NCBI GenBank assembly: GCA_009379995.1 | Contig: WHSR01000010.1 | Span: 18,214 to 82,213, forward strand | Direction: 5' to 3' | DNA: 64,000 bases | Source: Streptosporangiales bacterium | GTDB lineage: Bacteria > Actinomycetota > Actinomycetes > Streptosporangiales > WHSR01 | Shown here: positions 35,116 through 44,987 of the stretch, one piece after another | Numbering within the stretch: position 1 is the first letter of the stretch | Layout of the letters: each line of letters begins with the position of its first letter | Notes under the pieces: model-generated | Seen by the model: the letters and a program-made list of their open reading frames with translations, nothing else | Database searches by the model: none | Told to the model about the DNA's origin: nothing | Program-made: the position numbers and the translations under genes

Positions 35116-36423
35116 GTGATCCCGCGTTACACGTTGCCGGAGATGGGGCTGGTCTGGAGCGAGGCCCACAAGTACGAGCTGTGGTGCCGGGTGGAGACCC
35201 TGGTGCTGGAGGCCCACGCCGCGGGGGGCACCGTACCCCCTGACGTGGTGGAGCCGGTGCGTCAGGCACCGCCGCCCACCCCGGAGGCGGTCGCCGAGGT
35301 TGAGGCGACCACCCAGCACGACGTCATCGCGTTCCTCACCGCCTGGGCCGACAACACGGCTCCCCGCGACGCGGCCGCGTACGTGCACTTCGGCATGACC
35401 TCCTCCGACCTGCTGGACACCGCGCTCGCGCTACAGCTGGCCGAGGCGAGCGACATCCTGCTGGACAAGGCCACGGCGTTGGTGGCGACGCTGCGCGACC
35501 ATGCGCTGGCGCACCGGACGACGCTGCGCGCCGGCCGGACGCACGGCATCCACGCCGAGCCGGACGTGTGGGGCCACCGGGTCGCCGACCTCGCGTTCGC
35601 CATGGCCCGCTGCCGGGACCGGTTGCGCAGGGCCCGCGAGGCGGTGGCGGTCTGCAAGATCTCCGGGGCCGTCGGTACGTACTCACAGATCGACCCGGTC
35701 GTCGAGCAACACGTCGCCGCGCAGCTCGGGCTGCGGCCGGCCGACGTCGCCACCCAGGTGGTGATGCGCGACGGGATCAGCGAGTGGGCCAACGCGCTCG
35801 CCCTCGCCGCCACGGTCTGCGAGGCGGTCGCGTTGGAGGTACGGCACGGGCAGCGCACCGAGGTCCGGGAGGTGTCCGAGTCGTTCGGCCGGGGCCAGAA
35901 GGGTTCCTCGGCGATGCCGCACAAGCGCAACCCGATCGCCGCGGAGCGCATCTGCGGCCTCGCCCGCGTCGTCCGGGCGCAGATGGTCCCGGTCATGGAG
36001 GGTGTGCCGCTGTGGCACGAGCGGGACATCTCGCACTCGTCGGCCGAGCGGATCGCCCTCCCCGACGCCGCCACCGCGACCGACTACCTGCTGCACCTCA
36101 CCGCCCGTCTGGTGGACGGCCTGGTCGTCGACGCGGCACGGATGCGGGCCAACCTGGAGGCCACCGGCGGGCTCATCTACTCTTCCGCGGTCCTGCTGGA
36201 GCTGGTCGAGTCGGGGACGTCCCGAGAGGACGCGTACGCCCTCGTGCAGCGCGCGGCCATGGAGACCTGGGAGGCGGGCGTGCCGTTCCGGGACACCCTG
36301 CGAAAGCATGCCGCCGAGGCCGGCAGGCGGCTGGACGAGGGCAGGCTGGACGAGGTGTGCCGCCCGGAACGGTACGTCGAGCGGCTCGGCCCCGTCTTCG
36401 ACCGGCTGAAGGAGCTTTCGTGA
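35116..36423 (+). CDS. purB: Adenylosuccinate lyase
   Basis: Contains RYTLPEM, MTSSDLLDTA and GQKGSSAMPHKRNP, the fumarate lyase signature. Confidence 0.9.
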   Translation: MIPRYTLPEMGLVWSEAHKYELWCRVETLVLEAHAAGGTVPPDVVEPVRQAPPPTPEAVAEVEATTQHDVIAFLTAWADNTAPRDAAAYVHFGMTSSDLLDTALALQLAEASDILLDKATALVATLRDHALAHRTTLRAGRTHGIHAEPDVWGHRVADLAFAMARCRDRLRRAREAVAVCKISGAVGTYSQIDPVVEQHVAAQLGLRPADVATQVVMRDGISEWANALALAATVCEAVALEVRHGQRTEVREVSESFGRGQKGSSAMPHKRNPIAAERICGLARVVRAQMVPVMEGVPLWHERDISHSSAERIALPDAATATDYLLHLTARLVDGLVVDAARMRANLEATGGLIYSSAVLLELVESGTSREDAYALVQRAAMETWEAGVPFRDTLRKHAAEAGRRLDEGRLDEVCRPERYVERLGPVFDRLKELS

Positions 36424-37277
36424 GGCACCTGTACTCCGGCAAGGTACGGGATCTGTACCAGACCGAGGACGGGCTGCTGCTCATGGTGGCCAGCGACCGG
36501 ATCTCCGCCTTCGACTACGTGCTGCCCACGCCGATCCCGGACAGGGGTCGGGTGCTCACCGCGCTGTCGCTGTGGTGGTTCGAGCGGCTCGCCGACCTCG
36601 TACCGAACCACGTCGTGTCCGCGGATGTTCCGGCGGGCGTGCCGGCGGAGTTCGCCGGCCGGGCGGTGTTGTGCCGCAGGCTCGACATGGTGCCGGTGGA
36701 GTGCGTGGCTCGGGGGTACCTCGCCGGATCGGGCCTCACCGACTACGAGCTGACCGGCGAGGTGTGCGGCGTGGCCCTGCCGCCGGGTCTCGAGGACGGC
36801 TCCCGGCTGCCCGAGCCGATCTTCACGCCCGCCACCAAGGCGCCACAGGGCGAGCACGACGAGAACATCAGCTACCACGCGGTAGCCCGGGCGGCGGGCG
36901 AGGACCTGGCCGCCGAGCTGCGGCGTCTCACCCTCGCCGTCTACGCCCGGGGCGTGGAGATCGCGTTGCGGCGGGGCATCGTCATCGCCGACACCAAGCT
37001 CGAGTTCGGCCGGGACCAGGCCGGCGCGCTGGTACTCGCCGACGAGGTGCTGACGCCGGACTCCTCCCGCTTCTGGCCGGCGGACGAGTGGCGGCCCGGC
37101 CGCCCGCAGCCGTCGTTCGACAAGCAGATCGTGCGCGACTGGCTGCTCTCCGCGGAGTCCGGATGGGACCGGCACTCCGGCGAGCCCCCGCCGCCGGTTC
37201 CCGATCCCGTGGTCGAACGCACCCGGGCGCGGTACGTCGAGGTCTACGAGCGGCTGACCGGCCGGCGGTTCGGCTGA
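36420..37277 (+). CDS. purC: Phosphoribosylaminoimidazole-succinocarboxamide synthase
   Basis: The GTG overlaps the purB stop. Contains LYSGKVRDLY, LMVASDRISAFD and IVIADTKLEFG. Confidence 0.9.
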   Translation: MRHLYSGKVRDLYQTEDGLLLMVASDRISAFDYVLPTPIPDRGRVLTALSLWWFERLADLVPNHVVSADVPAGVPAEFAGRAVLCRRLDMVPVECVARGYLAGSGLTDYELTGEVCGVALPPGLEDGSRLPEPIFTPATKAPQGEHDENISYHAVARAAGEDLAAELRRLTLAVYARGVEIALRRGIVIADTKLEFGRDQAGALVLADEVLTPDSSRFWPADEWRPGRPQPSFDKQIVRDWLLSAESGWDRHSGEPPPPVPDPVVERTRARYVEVYERLTGRRFG

Positions 37278-37571
37278 CCAGCCGCGAAGGTCCGGTTGAC
37301 CAGGCAATCAAGGCCCCGACGGGTAAGGATGTTTGCACCGTACGTCAACCGGAATAAGCCCCCTAGGCGTCCTATTGCAGGGTATGGTCGCGTGAGCCGG
37401 AGATCCGGGGGGGTGAAGCCGGTTGGGTGTGTCCATGGCGACTAACGTGACGAACGAGGCACGAAGCCGTGATGTGCTGCTCGGGGTACGGGATCGCGCT
37501 GGGTACTTTTTCGGTAACCCACTGTGATTTCTGGGCATAGGTCAAATTCCTCGCTAAGGAGCGACGGCTGT

Positions 37572-38846
37572 ATGAGCGTGGGCCACGAGGTCCGTTACCG
37601 CGTCCGGGGCGGCCACAGGCTAAGTGGCACGGCGTTCGTCCAAGGGGCGAAGAACGCCGCGCTGCCAATGATCGGCGCAGCGCTGCTCGCCACCAAGGGC
37701 CGTACGGTGCTCCGCAACGTGCCCCTCATCGAGGACGTCTATCGCGCGGTCGAGCTGGCTCAGGCGGTCGGCGCCCGGGTCGAGCTGCACGAGAGCGAAC
37801 GCACGCTGGTGATCGACGCGTCGACGTTGACCAGCTCGGTGCTTCCGGCCGACATGGCCCGGCGCTTCCGCGGATCGGTGCTCTTCGTGCCGGCTCTGCT
37901 GCACCGCCTCGGCGAGGCCGTGATCGAGGGCATCGGGGGATGCAACCTCGGCAGCCGCAACCTCGACTTTCACTACCGCGGGTTCGCTCGTCTGGGCGCC
38001 ACCGTTGACGAGGGCGAGGGGGTCATCTATCTCAAGGCCAACAAGCTGACCGGCTCCCACCTCTACCTCGACACGCCCTCCCATACCGGCACCGAGAACC
38101 TGATCATGGCGGCGGCCCTCGCGCCGGGCACCACCGTCATCGACAACACGGCGCTCGAGCCCGAGGTGCTCGATGTCATCCACTTCCTCTCTCGGATGGG
38201 CGCCCGCATCCGCGGCGCCGGCACCGGATTCCTCACCGTCGAGGGGGTCGACGAGCTGACGGCCGTCGAGCACACGATCATGCCCGACCGCATCGACGCC
38301 GGTGTGATGGCGATGGCCGCCGCGGCCACCGGGGGTGAGGTCAGCCTGGTGGGCGCGACGCTGGAGCACTTCGGCGTCGTCCGGTGGAAGCTCGAGCAGA
38401 TGGGTGTGGAGTTCGCCGATCAGGGAGCCGTGCTGCAGGTACGGCGGGAGCGGCCGCTGCGGCCTATCAACGTGCTCACGTCCCCGTACCCGGGCTTCGC
38501 CACCGACCTCCAGTCCCCGATCATGGTCATGGCCTGCCTCGCCGACGGCACCAGCTACATCCGGGAGACCATCTTCGACGGCCGCTTCGCGCTGGTCGAC
38601 GAGCTCAACAAGATGGGCGCGAACATCGAGGTCAACGGCAGGGCCATCGTGCATGGCCCCACTCCGCTGCGCGGTGCCGACGTTGTCGCCCACGACCTGC
38701 GCACCGGCATCGCGCTCGTGATCGCCGGCCTCGTCGCCGAGGGGGAGACGGTCGTGACGCCCGGCTATCCGGTCGAGCGCGGTCACACGAACATCGCGAG
38801 CCGGCTCGCCGCGCTCGGTGCGGACATCGAACGCGAGGTCGTCTGA
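37572..38846 (+). CDS. UDP-N-acetylglucosamine 1-carboxyvinyltransferase family enzyme (MurA-like, possibly a divergent paralogue)
   Basis: Contains VQGAKNAALPMIGAALLA, GGCNLGSRNLDFH (active-site Cys retained, but RP/DLH positions deviate) and GFATDLQSP. AAGGAG lies about 10 nt upstream of the ATG. Confidence 0.8.
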   Translation: MSVGHEVRYRVRGGHRLSGTAFVQGAKNAALPMIGAALLATKGRTVLRNVPLIEDVYRAVELAQAVGARVELHESERTLVIDASTLTSSVLPADMARRFRGSVLFVPALLHRLGEAVIEGIGGCNLGSRNLDFHYRGFARLGATVDEGEGVIYLKANKLTGSHLYLDTPSHTGTENLIMAAALAPGTTVIDNTALEPEVLDVIHFLSRMGARIRGAGTGFLTVEGVDELTAVEHTIMPDRIDAGVMAMAAAATGGEVSLVGATLEHFGVVRWKLEQMGVEFADQGAVLQVRRERPLRPINVLTSPYPGFATDLQSPIMVMACLADGTSYIRETIFDGRFALVDELNKMGANIEVNGRAIVHGPTPLRGADVVAHDLRTGIALVIAGLVAEGETVVTPGYPVERGHTNIASRLAALGADIEREVV

Positions 38847-38856
38847 GATCACAGGT

Positions 38857-38879
38857 GCGGTCCCTGGGGAGAGGACCGC
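38857..38879 (+). terminator. Stem-loop downstream of the MurA-like gene
   Basis: Stem GCGGTCC, loop ctggggaga, stem GGACCGC. No clear U-tract. Confidence 0.35.
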
Positions 38880-39163
38880 TGGGGGGAGGCCGTAACGGTG
38901 CATCCTGCCTCGCAGACCCGTTCTGTTCTGCTCGCTACCCAGCCCGCTCGCGGCATCAGGCGGGTGGAACGCCCACGGGTGACGTACGGATCGTGGCCGA
39001 ATGAAGCCCGAGACCGTGACGGGAGATCCGGTCACGACGATCTACCAAATGTGGACGAAGATGCTGAACGTTGTGGCATTTGCCGCACAGCCGGGACGGA
39101 GTCGGCCGACCTGCTCGGGCAGGGTCTCGTGGGAAGCCGTGGTCCGTATGGGGGCAGTACGTC

Positions 39164-40477
39164 GTGCGAGGGCTGAGAGGCGAGCCGTTCGCGGCCGATC
39201 TCTCGATCGGGATCATCGGCCCGCAGGATCTCGTCGAGCGGGTGATGCTTCTCGGCCACGAGGGGGCGGTCCCGAGTCGGCTGATCGCGGCCGCGTACCG
39301 CGACGAGCAGGAAGCCGCTGAGCGCGTCGCGAAGCTGGGGTCCTCGATCGACGTCTGCCTCTTCACCGGCCCGTCGCCGTACGAGGTGGCGCGCAGGTCC
39401 GGCGTGCTGTCGGTGCCGGCCACGTACGTCCCGCTCGGCGGGGCGGCGCTGTACAGCGCCCTGCTGCGGGCGGCGACCGAGCGCGACTGCGACCTCACCC
39501 GGGTGAGCATCGACGTCCTGTCCCGCGCGGAGGTCGAGGAGGCGTACGCCGACCTGGGGCTGGACACGGCCAACGTGCACGTACGCGAGGACTCCGCGGC
39601 CGCGGACTTCCACGAGCAGCTGTGGCGAACCGGCACCACCACCATGGCTCTGACCTGCGTGCACACGGTGGCCCGCCAGCTCAGGGACGCCGCCGTGCCC
39701 ACGCTCGAGGTGCGGCCGACCACCGCCTCGATTCGGTCCGCGCTGAACACCGCCGCCCTCCTCGGCGCGGCGAGCCAGCTGGAGACGGCCCAGATCGCGA
39801 TCGGGATCGTCGACATCCCCACCCTCCGGGAGACGTCCCAGCCGGGCTCGTCCCGGTACTGGCGGGAGGAGCTCAAGCTCACCGTGCACCGTCTGCTGCT
39901 CGACGAGGCGCGAACCACCGGGCTGCTGCTGTGGTCGAACGACGACCACAGCTACCTCACCCTGGCCACCGTGGGCTCGTTCGCCTCCGCCACCCGGGGG
40001 TTCCGCGCGCCGCCGTTCGTCGAGCGGATACGGGACGAGCTCGGCATCAGCGTCGAGGTCGGCATCGGACTCGGCACGACCGCCCAGGACGCCGAGGCGC
40101 ACGCCCGGGCTGCCCTGTCGTGGTCCCATCGGTCCCGCGGGAGGCGGGGGTTCGTCGTCGATCGGACCGGCCGGGCGCTGCCGGTGGCCGCGCAGGAGCC
40201 GGCCCGCCGAGACGGATCCGGTGCGGAGCCCAAGGGACTCGACGTGCTGGCCCGTCTGATCCTCGCCCTGGAGAAGAGCCACCGTGACAACCCTCCGGTG
40301 ATCGTCGACGCGGAGATCACGGCGCGCTCCCTCGGCGTCACCCAGCGAACGGCGCGGCGGCTGCTGCGGGGTCTGGTCGAGGACGGACTGGCCTGGCCGC
40401 TGCCGCCGAACCGGACGCCTCAGCCGGGCCGTCCCCGCCAGCTGTACCGCCTCATCCGGGAGAAGCTGGACACCTGA
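39164..40477 (+). CDS. Putative transcriptional regulator with a degenerate GGDEF-like central domain and C-terminal HTH (PucR-like architecture)
   Basis: The central IAIGIVDIPTL...LLLWSNDDHSYLTLAT...ISVEVGIGLGTTAQDAEAHARAAL resembles an inactive GGDEF fold. The C-terminal ITARSLGVTQRTARRLLRGLVEDGL is an HTH. The start is uncertain. Confidence 0.5.
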   Translation: MRGLRGEPFAADLSIGIIGPQDLVERVMLLGHEGAVPSRLIAAAYRDEQEAAERVAKLGSSIDVCLFTGPSPYEVARRSGVLSVPATYVPLGGAALYSALLRAATERDCDLTRVSIDVLSRAEVEEAYADLGLDTANVHVREDSAAADFHEQLWRTGTTTMALTCVHTVARQLRDAAVPTLEVRPTTASIRSALNTAALLGAASQLETAQIAIGIVDIPTLRETSQPGSSRYWREELKLTVHRLLLDEARTTGLLLWSNDDHSYLTLATVGSFASATRGFRAPPFVERIRDELGISVEVGIGLGTTAQDAEAHARAALSWSHRSRGRRGFVVDRTGRALPVAAQEPARRDGSGAEPKGLDVLARLILALEKSHRDNPPVIVDAEITARSLGVTQRTARRLLRGLVEDGLAWPLPPNRTPQPGRPRQLYRLIREKLDT

Positions 40478-40528
40478 CCGAGTCGGGCACAGGAATAGCG
40501 GCCGGCCACGGGGTTCTTGTAAAGATCG

Positions 40529-41503
40529 ATGAACCGGACCGCTCCTGGCACCGCCGCGTCCTCGCCATCGGTTCGAACCTCGGGCCTGCTTTTGTGGGCC
40601 GCCCTCGGCACCGTGTACCTGCTTTGGGGCTCGACGTACGTCGGGATGCGCGCCGTTGTCGAGACCATCCCGCCTTTCTTCGGGGCCGGCCTGCGCTTCC
40701 TGCTGGCCGGGGTCCTGCTGGGCGCGATCCTGGTCCCGCGCCGCGGATGGTCGGCGCTGCGGTCCTCGCCGCAGGAGTTGGCCGGCGCTGCCGTCATCGG
40801 CGTGCTGCTGCTGATGGGCGGCAACGGACTGCTCATGGTCGGCGAGCAGTACGTACCCGCCGGCTTCGCCTCCCTCTTGTTCGCCGCTGTGCCGCTGTGG
40901 GTGGCGCTTTTCCGCACCGCGACACGCGATCGGCCGGCGCTCGCCACGCTCGCCGGCGTGCTGGTCGGCTTCGCAGGCCTGGCCGCGCTGCTGTTGCCCG
41001 GCTCACACGGCGGCGACACGAACCTCGGCGGCGCCGTTACCATCCTGGTCGCGTCGCTGTGCTGGGCGACCGGGTCGTTCCTCTCCCCGCGGCTTCCCAT
41101 GCCGCGCGACCCGTTCGTCTCCTCGGCGTACGAGATGACGATCGGCGGGGCCGCGACGCTCGTCCTCGGGCTCGGCATCGGGGAGCTACACGGCGCGGGA
41201 CCGGCGAGCTTCTCCGTGGGCTCCTGGATCGGGCTCGGCTACCTCGTCGTGTTCGGGTCGGTGATCGCGTTCACCGCGTTCGTCTGGCTGCTGGCCAACG
41301 CACCGATCTCGCTCGTGGCCACGTACGCCTACGTCAACCCGGTGGTGGCCGTGGCGCTCGGAGCGCTGATCCTCGGCGAGACGGTGACGGCCGTCGTGCT
41401 CCTCGGCGGCACGATCGTCCTGGCCGGCGTGGCGCTCGTGGTGTCCACCGAACGCCGTAAGGCCCCGGTCGACTCTACGGTGCGAAGTCCGCGGCCACGG
41501 TGA
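40529..41503 (+). CDS. EamA/DMT-family transporter
   Basis: Ten predicted TM helices in a duplicated EamA pattern ([11 protein letters not shown]..., ...LCWATGSF...). Confidence 0.75.
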   Translation: MNRTAPGTAASSPSVRTSGLLLWAALGTVYLLWGSTYVGMRAVVETIPPFFGAGLRFLLAGVLLGAILVPRRGWSALRSSPQELAGAAVIGVLLLMGGNGLLMVGEQYVPAGFASLLFAAVPLWVALFRTATRDRPALATLAGVLVGFAGLAALLLPGSHGGDTNLGGAVTILVASLCWATGSFLSPRLPMPRDPFVSSAYEMTIGGAATLVLGLGIGELHGAGPASFSVGSWIGLGYLVVFGSVIAFTAFVWLLANAPISLVATYAYVNPVVAVALGALILGETVTAVVLLGGTIVLAGVALVVSTERRKAPVDSTVRSPRPR

Positions 41504-42548
41504 GGAACGCGTCGTTGGCCTCGCGGTCGGCGACGGTGATCCGCGCGCCCTCGCCGGCGAACGGCCGGACCGTGACGCCTGCCCTTTCGCACGCCGCTCC
41601 GAACTCCGCAGTGCGCTCGCCAAGGCGCAGCCACACGAAGTTCGCCTCGCTCGCGGGCACCGACCAACCCTGGTCGCGCAGGGTCTCCCGGACCCGTTCG
41701 CGTTCCTTGACGATCGCCTCGACCCGGTCGAACAGCTCGTCTTCGGCGGCGAGCGAAGCCAGCGCGGCGGCCTGAGCGAGCCGGCTGACGGTGAACGGCA
41801 GCTGGGTCTTGCGCACCGCCTCGGCGACCGGATCGTGCCCGACGAGGAAGCCGACCCGTAGCCCGGCGAGTCCGTACGCCTTGGAGAACGTACGCAGCAC
41901 GGCGACGTTGGGCCGGTCGCGGTACACCTCCAGCCCGTCGGGCACGTCCGGGTCGCGGACGAACTCGCGGTAGGCCTCGTCGAGGACGACGAGGCAGTCA
42001 CCGGGCGCCCGGTCCAGGAACGCCTCCAGCTCGCCGCCGCCGACGACCGTGCCGGTGGGGTTGTTCGGGTTGCAGACGAAGACCAGCCGCGTCCGCTCGG
42101 TGATCCGGTCCGCCATCGCGGCCAGATCGTGCGTCTCGTCCCGCAGCGCCACCTGGACCGAGTCGGCCCCGGCCAGGGTCACCAGCAGAGGGTACGCCTC
42201 GAAGGAGCGCCAGGCGTAGACCACCTCGGCGCCCGGCTCCCCGACCGCCTCGAGAAGCTGCTGGGTCACGCCGACCGAACCGCAGCCGACCGCTACGTGC
42301 TCCACCGGGACGCCGAACCGCTCGCCGATCGCCTCGACGAGCTCGGCGGCCCCGTTGTCCGGGTACCGGTTGATCTCCTGGGCGGCCGCGGCGATCGCGT
42401 TGACGACCGAGGGCAGCGGACCGTACGGCGTCTCGTTCGACGCCAGCTTGTACACCTTGCCGGTCGGCGACGCCGGTGTACGGCCCGGGCGGTAGGCGAC
42501 GAAGTCCGCAAGCGCGGCGCGGAAGCGGGGCGTGGGCTGCTGGGACAC
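41475..42548 (-). CDS. Histidinol-phosphate/aromatic aminotransferase (class II PLP aminotransferase)
   Basis: GTG at 42548 is preceded by GGAGG. Contains [18 protein letters not shown] and [15 protein letters not shown] (PLP lysine). Confidence 0.8.
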   Translation of the reverse strand: MSQQPTPRFRAALADFVAYRPGRTPASPTGKVYKLASNETPYGPLPSVVNAIAAAAQEINRYPDNGAAELVEAIGERFGVPVEHVAVGCGSVGVTQQLLEAVGEPGAEVVYAWRSFEAYPLLVTLAGADSVQVALRDETHDLAAMADRITERTRLVFVCNPNNPTGTVVGGGELEAFLDRAPGDCLVVLDEAYREFVRDPDVPDGLEVYRDRPNVAVLRTFSKAYGLAGLRVGFLVGHDPVAEAVRKTQLPFTVSRLAQAAALASLAAEDELFDRVEAIVKERERVRETLRDQGWSVPASEANFVWLRLGERTAEFGAACERAGVTVRPFAGEGARITVADREANDAFLTVAADFAP

Positions 42549-42603
42549 CGTCGTCCTCCCTGTGTCAGGCGGCGCACCGACCATCCACCCTAGATCTCCT
42601 ACC

Positions 42604-42666
42604 GCCGAGATCCATGTTGCGGGACCGTTTTGCCGGGTTTGGTACCCCCACAACATGGATCTCGGC
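42604..42666. repeat. Palindromic intergenic element, copy C (loop inverted relative to copy A)
   Basis: Left arm is GCCGAGATCCATGTTGCGGG, the loop is accgttttgccgggtttggta, and the right arm is CCCCCACAACATGGATCTCGGC. The loop is approximately the reverse complement of the copy A loop. Confidence 0.8.
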
Positions 42667-42679
42667 GATGGGCGATGCG

Positions 42680-43381
42680 TCAGGCCAGATCCGCCAGGTC
42701 CTCGCTGACCTTCTGGTGCGCCTGCTTGGCGAGCTTCTCCAGCGTCTTCTTGTCGGCGCCCTGCATCTGGATGTTCTGCACGACACCGCCGGAACGGATG
42801 GTCTCGCTCATGATGACGGTCTGCCCGCCGCCTACGGTGACCGTACCGCGGAAGGCGCGCGCCCCCTCACCGAGCGGGGCCACATCGATCTCCCGCGTCT
42901 TGAGCGTCATCTTCCGGCCGTCAGGCAACGTGGCGGTGATCTTCGAGCATTTGTCCGGGAACGGCTGGTCGAGGGCGGCCGCCGCCTTCTCGGCCGGCAG
43001 GGACAGGATGATCTGCCCGAAGGAGCCGCGCTGCGTTCCGCGGAACACAGCCATGGCCGCGGGCGCCTGCTGCAGCCCGTCCAGCGCGGGCCCGCTGACA
43101 CCACCCAGGTAACCCTTCAGGCACTGCGGCTTGTCCGTCTTCAGCTTCCGGAGCTGGCCGAAGACCTGCGTAAAGCCGAGCGAGTCCAGCGTGCCGGCCC
43201 GCACATCCTGCCTGCGGTAGCTGGCGAGATCGACGTCGGTCAGCAGGGCCGACCGAAGCTCTTGGGCCTGCTCGGACTCGGCGGGCCCCGCTTCCTCCTT
43301 CGAAGCACCGGACCCGCATGCGGCCGTGACCGCCACCACGCAGAAGGCCGTACCCACGGCACGCAGGTAACGATTGATCAT
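42680..43381 (-). CDS. Putative lipoprotein
   Basis: [25 protein letters not shown] provides a signal peptide and lipobox. Confidence 0.55.
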   Translation of the reverse strand: MINRYLRAVGTAFCVVAVTAACGSGASKEEAGPAESEQAQELRSALLTDVDLASYRRQDVRAGTLDSLGFTQVFGQLRKLKTDKPQCLKGYLGGVSGPALDGLQQAPAAMAVFRGTQRGSFGQIILSLPAEKAAAALDQPFPDKCSKITATLPDGRKMTLKTREIDVAPLGEGARAFRGTVTVGGGQTVIMSETIRSGGVVQNIQMQGADKKTLEKLAKQAHQKVSEDLADLA

Positions 43382-43452
43382 GTCGGATTCCCCCCTTGAC
43401 AGAACCACGACGTGTGGTGAGCGGCACTTTACCGAGTGTGTACGGTGCGCAT

Positions 43453-43860
43453 GTGACGGACGAGGAAGCTCGCGATCGCTTCGCGGCCGCGCCTATCGCC
43501 CGCCTCGCCACGGCGGACGGGCGAGGGCGGCCGCACATCGTGCCCATCACGTTCGCGGTCCGCGGCGAGACGGTCGTCACAGTGGTCGACCGCAAGCCCA
43601 AGCGCAGCCGGAACCTCAAGCGCCTGCGCAACATCGTCGAGAACCCGCGGGTGTCCGTGCTCGTCGATCACTACGAGGACGACTGGGGCGCGCTGTGGTG
43701 GGTCCGCGCCGACGGTACGGCGGGCGTGGTCGAGGAGGAGTCCGGCATCGCCGACGCGCTGCCCGTCCTGCAGGACAAGTACCCGCAGTACCGGGGCGAC
43801 GTACCCGAGGGCCCACTGATCGTCATCGCGGTGGACCGCTGGGCGAGCTGGTCCGGCTAG
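43453..43860 (+). CDS. PPOX-class probable F420-dependent enzyme (TIGR03668-like)
   Basis: Contains ARLATADGRGRPHIVPITFAV...KRLRNIVENPRVSVLVDHYEDDWGALWWVRADG. The start is taken as the in-frame GTG at 43453. Confidence 0.6.
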   Translation: MTDEEARDRFAAAPIARLATADGRGRPHIVPITFAVRGETVVTVVDRKPKRSRNLKRLRNIVENPRVSVLVDHYEDDWGALWWVRADGTAGVVEEESGIADALPVLQDKYPQYRGDVPEGPLIVIAVDRWASWSG

Positions 43861-44837
43861 GGCTGGGCGGCGAGCAGGCGCCGTTCCTTGTCCGGGTCGA
43901 GACCGAGATCGGGGGCGAGGGAAGGCTCCGGCACCCCACGCAGCCAGCGCCAGGTGTCGAACACCGTTCCGCGGACCGGGTGGTAGCGGATGCCGGCCAG
44001 CCGGGCACGCTCGTCGGAGATGTCTGTCCACGCGCCGAAGCCGGACCCGGCGGGAACCCAGAAAGGCAGCTCCGTCCACGGCTGCACGTCCGCCTCGGTG
44101 AGCGTGGCGTCGTCCAGCCAGACGAGCTCGGCCCGCGACCCGGTCGCCTCCACGCACAGCCCCAGCAGCTCGCCCATGGTCGTGGTGTCCCGGGGGCCGG
44201 GCACGTTCACGACGCCCGGAAGCCGCCGGCGCGCGTTGTCCAGCATCCAGACCGCGAGATCCCGTACGTCGACGAACCTGACGGCCCGGTCGGGGCTACC
44301 GGGCGCGAGGACCTGCCCGCCGCGGGCGATCCGGCGGAGCCACCACAGCAGCCGCCCCGGTGACTCGTACGGCCCGAGGATCACTCCGGGCCGTACGATG
44401 AGCGCCCGGCCGGAGAACGCCTCCTGGACCGCCCGCTCGGCACCGGCCTTGCCCGGCCCGTAGTCGACGTCCACCGCGTCGGCGGGGCACTCGTACACCT
44501 CCGAGGCCTCGTCCACCGGCTGCCCGCCGAAGTCGGGGTAGACGGACACGGTGGAGACGTACACGTAGTGCCCGACCTGGTCGGCGAGCAGCCGGGCGGT
44601 CGCGCCGACGTGTCGCGGGGCCAGGACGCTGGTGTCCACGGCGGCGTCCCATTCACGGCCGCGCAGCACCTCAAGGTCGGCCTCCTTGGTACGGTCGCCG
44701 TGCAGCGACTCGACACCAGGTGGCGGGTCCCCGCTGACACCACGCGCCAAAGTTGTCACACTATGTCCACGCCGAACTGCTTCCTCCACAAGAGTCCGGC
44801 CGACAAATCGGGTACCACCGAGCACCAGAAGTCGCAT
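43857..44837 (-). CDS. NAD-dependent epimerase/dehydratase family protein
   Basis: MRLLVLGGTRFVGRTLV is the Rossmann motif. The start is the internal ATG of a longer ORF. Confidence 0.7.
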   Translation of the reverse strand: MRLLVLGGTRFVGRTLVEEAVRRGHSVTTLARGVSGDPPPGVESLHGDRTKEADLEVLRGREWDAAVDTSVLAPRHVGATARLLADQVGHYVYVSTVSVYPDFGGQPVDEASEVYECPADAVDVDYGPGKAGAERAVQEAFSGRALIVRPGVILGPYESPGRLLWWLRRIARGGQVLAPGSPDRAVRFVDVRDLAVWMLDNARRRLPGVVNVPGPRDTTTMGELLGLCVEATGSRAELVWLDDATLTEADVQPWTELPFWVPAGSGFGAWTDISDERARLAGIRYHPVRGTVFDTWRWLRGVPEPSLAPDLGLDPDKERRLLAAQP

Positions 44838-44987
44838 GTGTCCATCCTGCCGAGGAAGGTGGAATACGCGGATTCGCTTACGCGGAGAGCAGACTTCACT
44901 ACCCTGTGGAAACTGCTCGGGGAGTAAGTGACTGCACCGTCCGGTGAGGCATCTGTAGTCTCGCGCCGCAGAAGGGGGCGGAGTCGC

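Noticed and set aside
37620-39035. 471-aa minus ORF antisense to the MurA-like gene
   Set aside because: Shadow ORF. The sense strand has the EPSP/MurA fold motifs.
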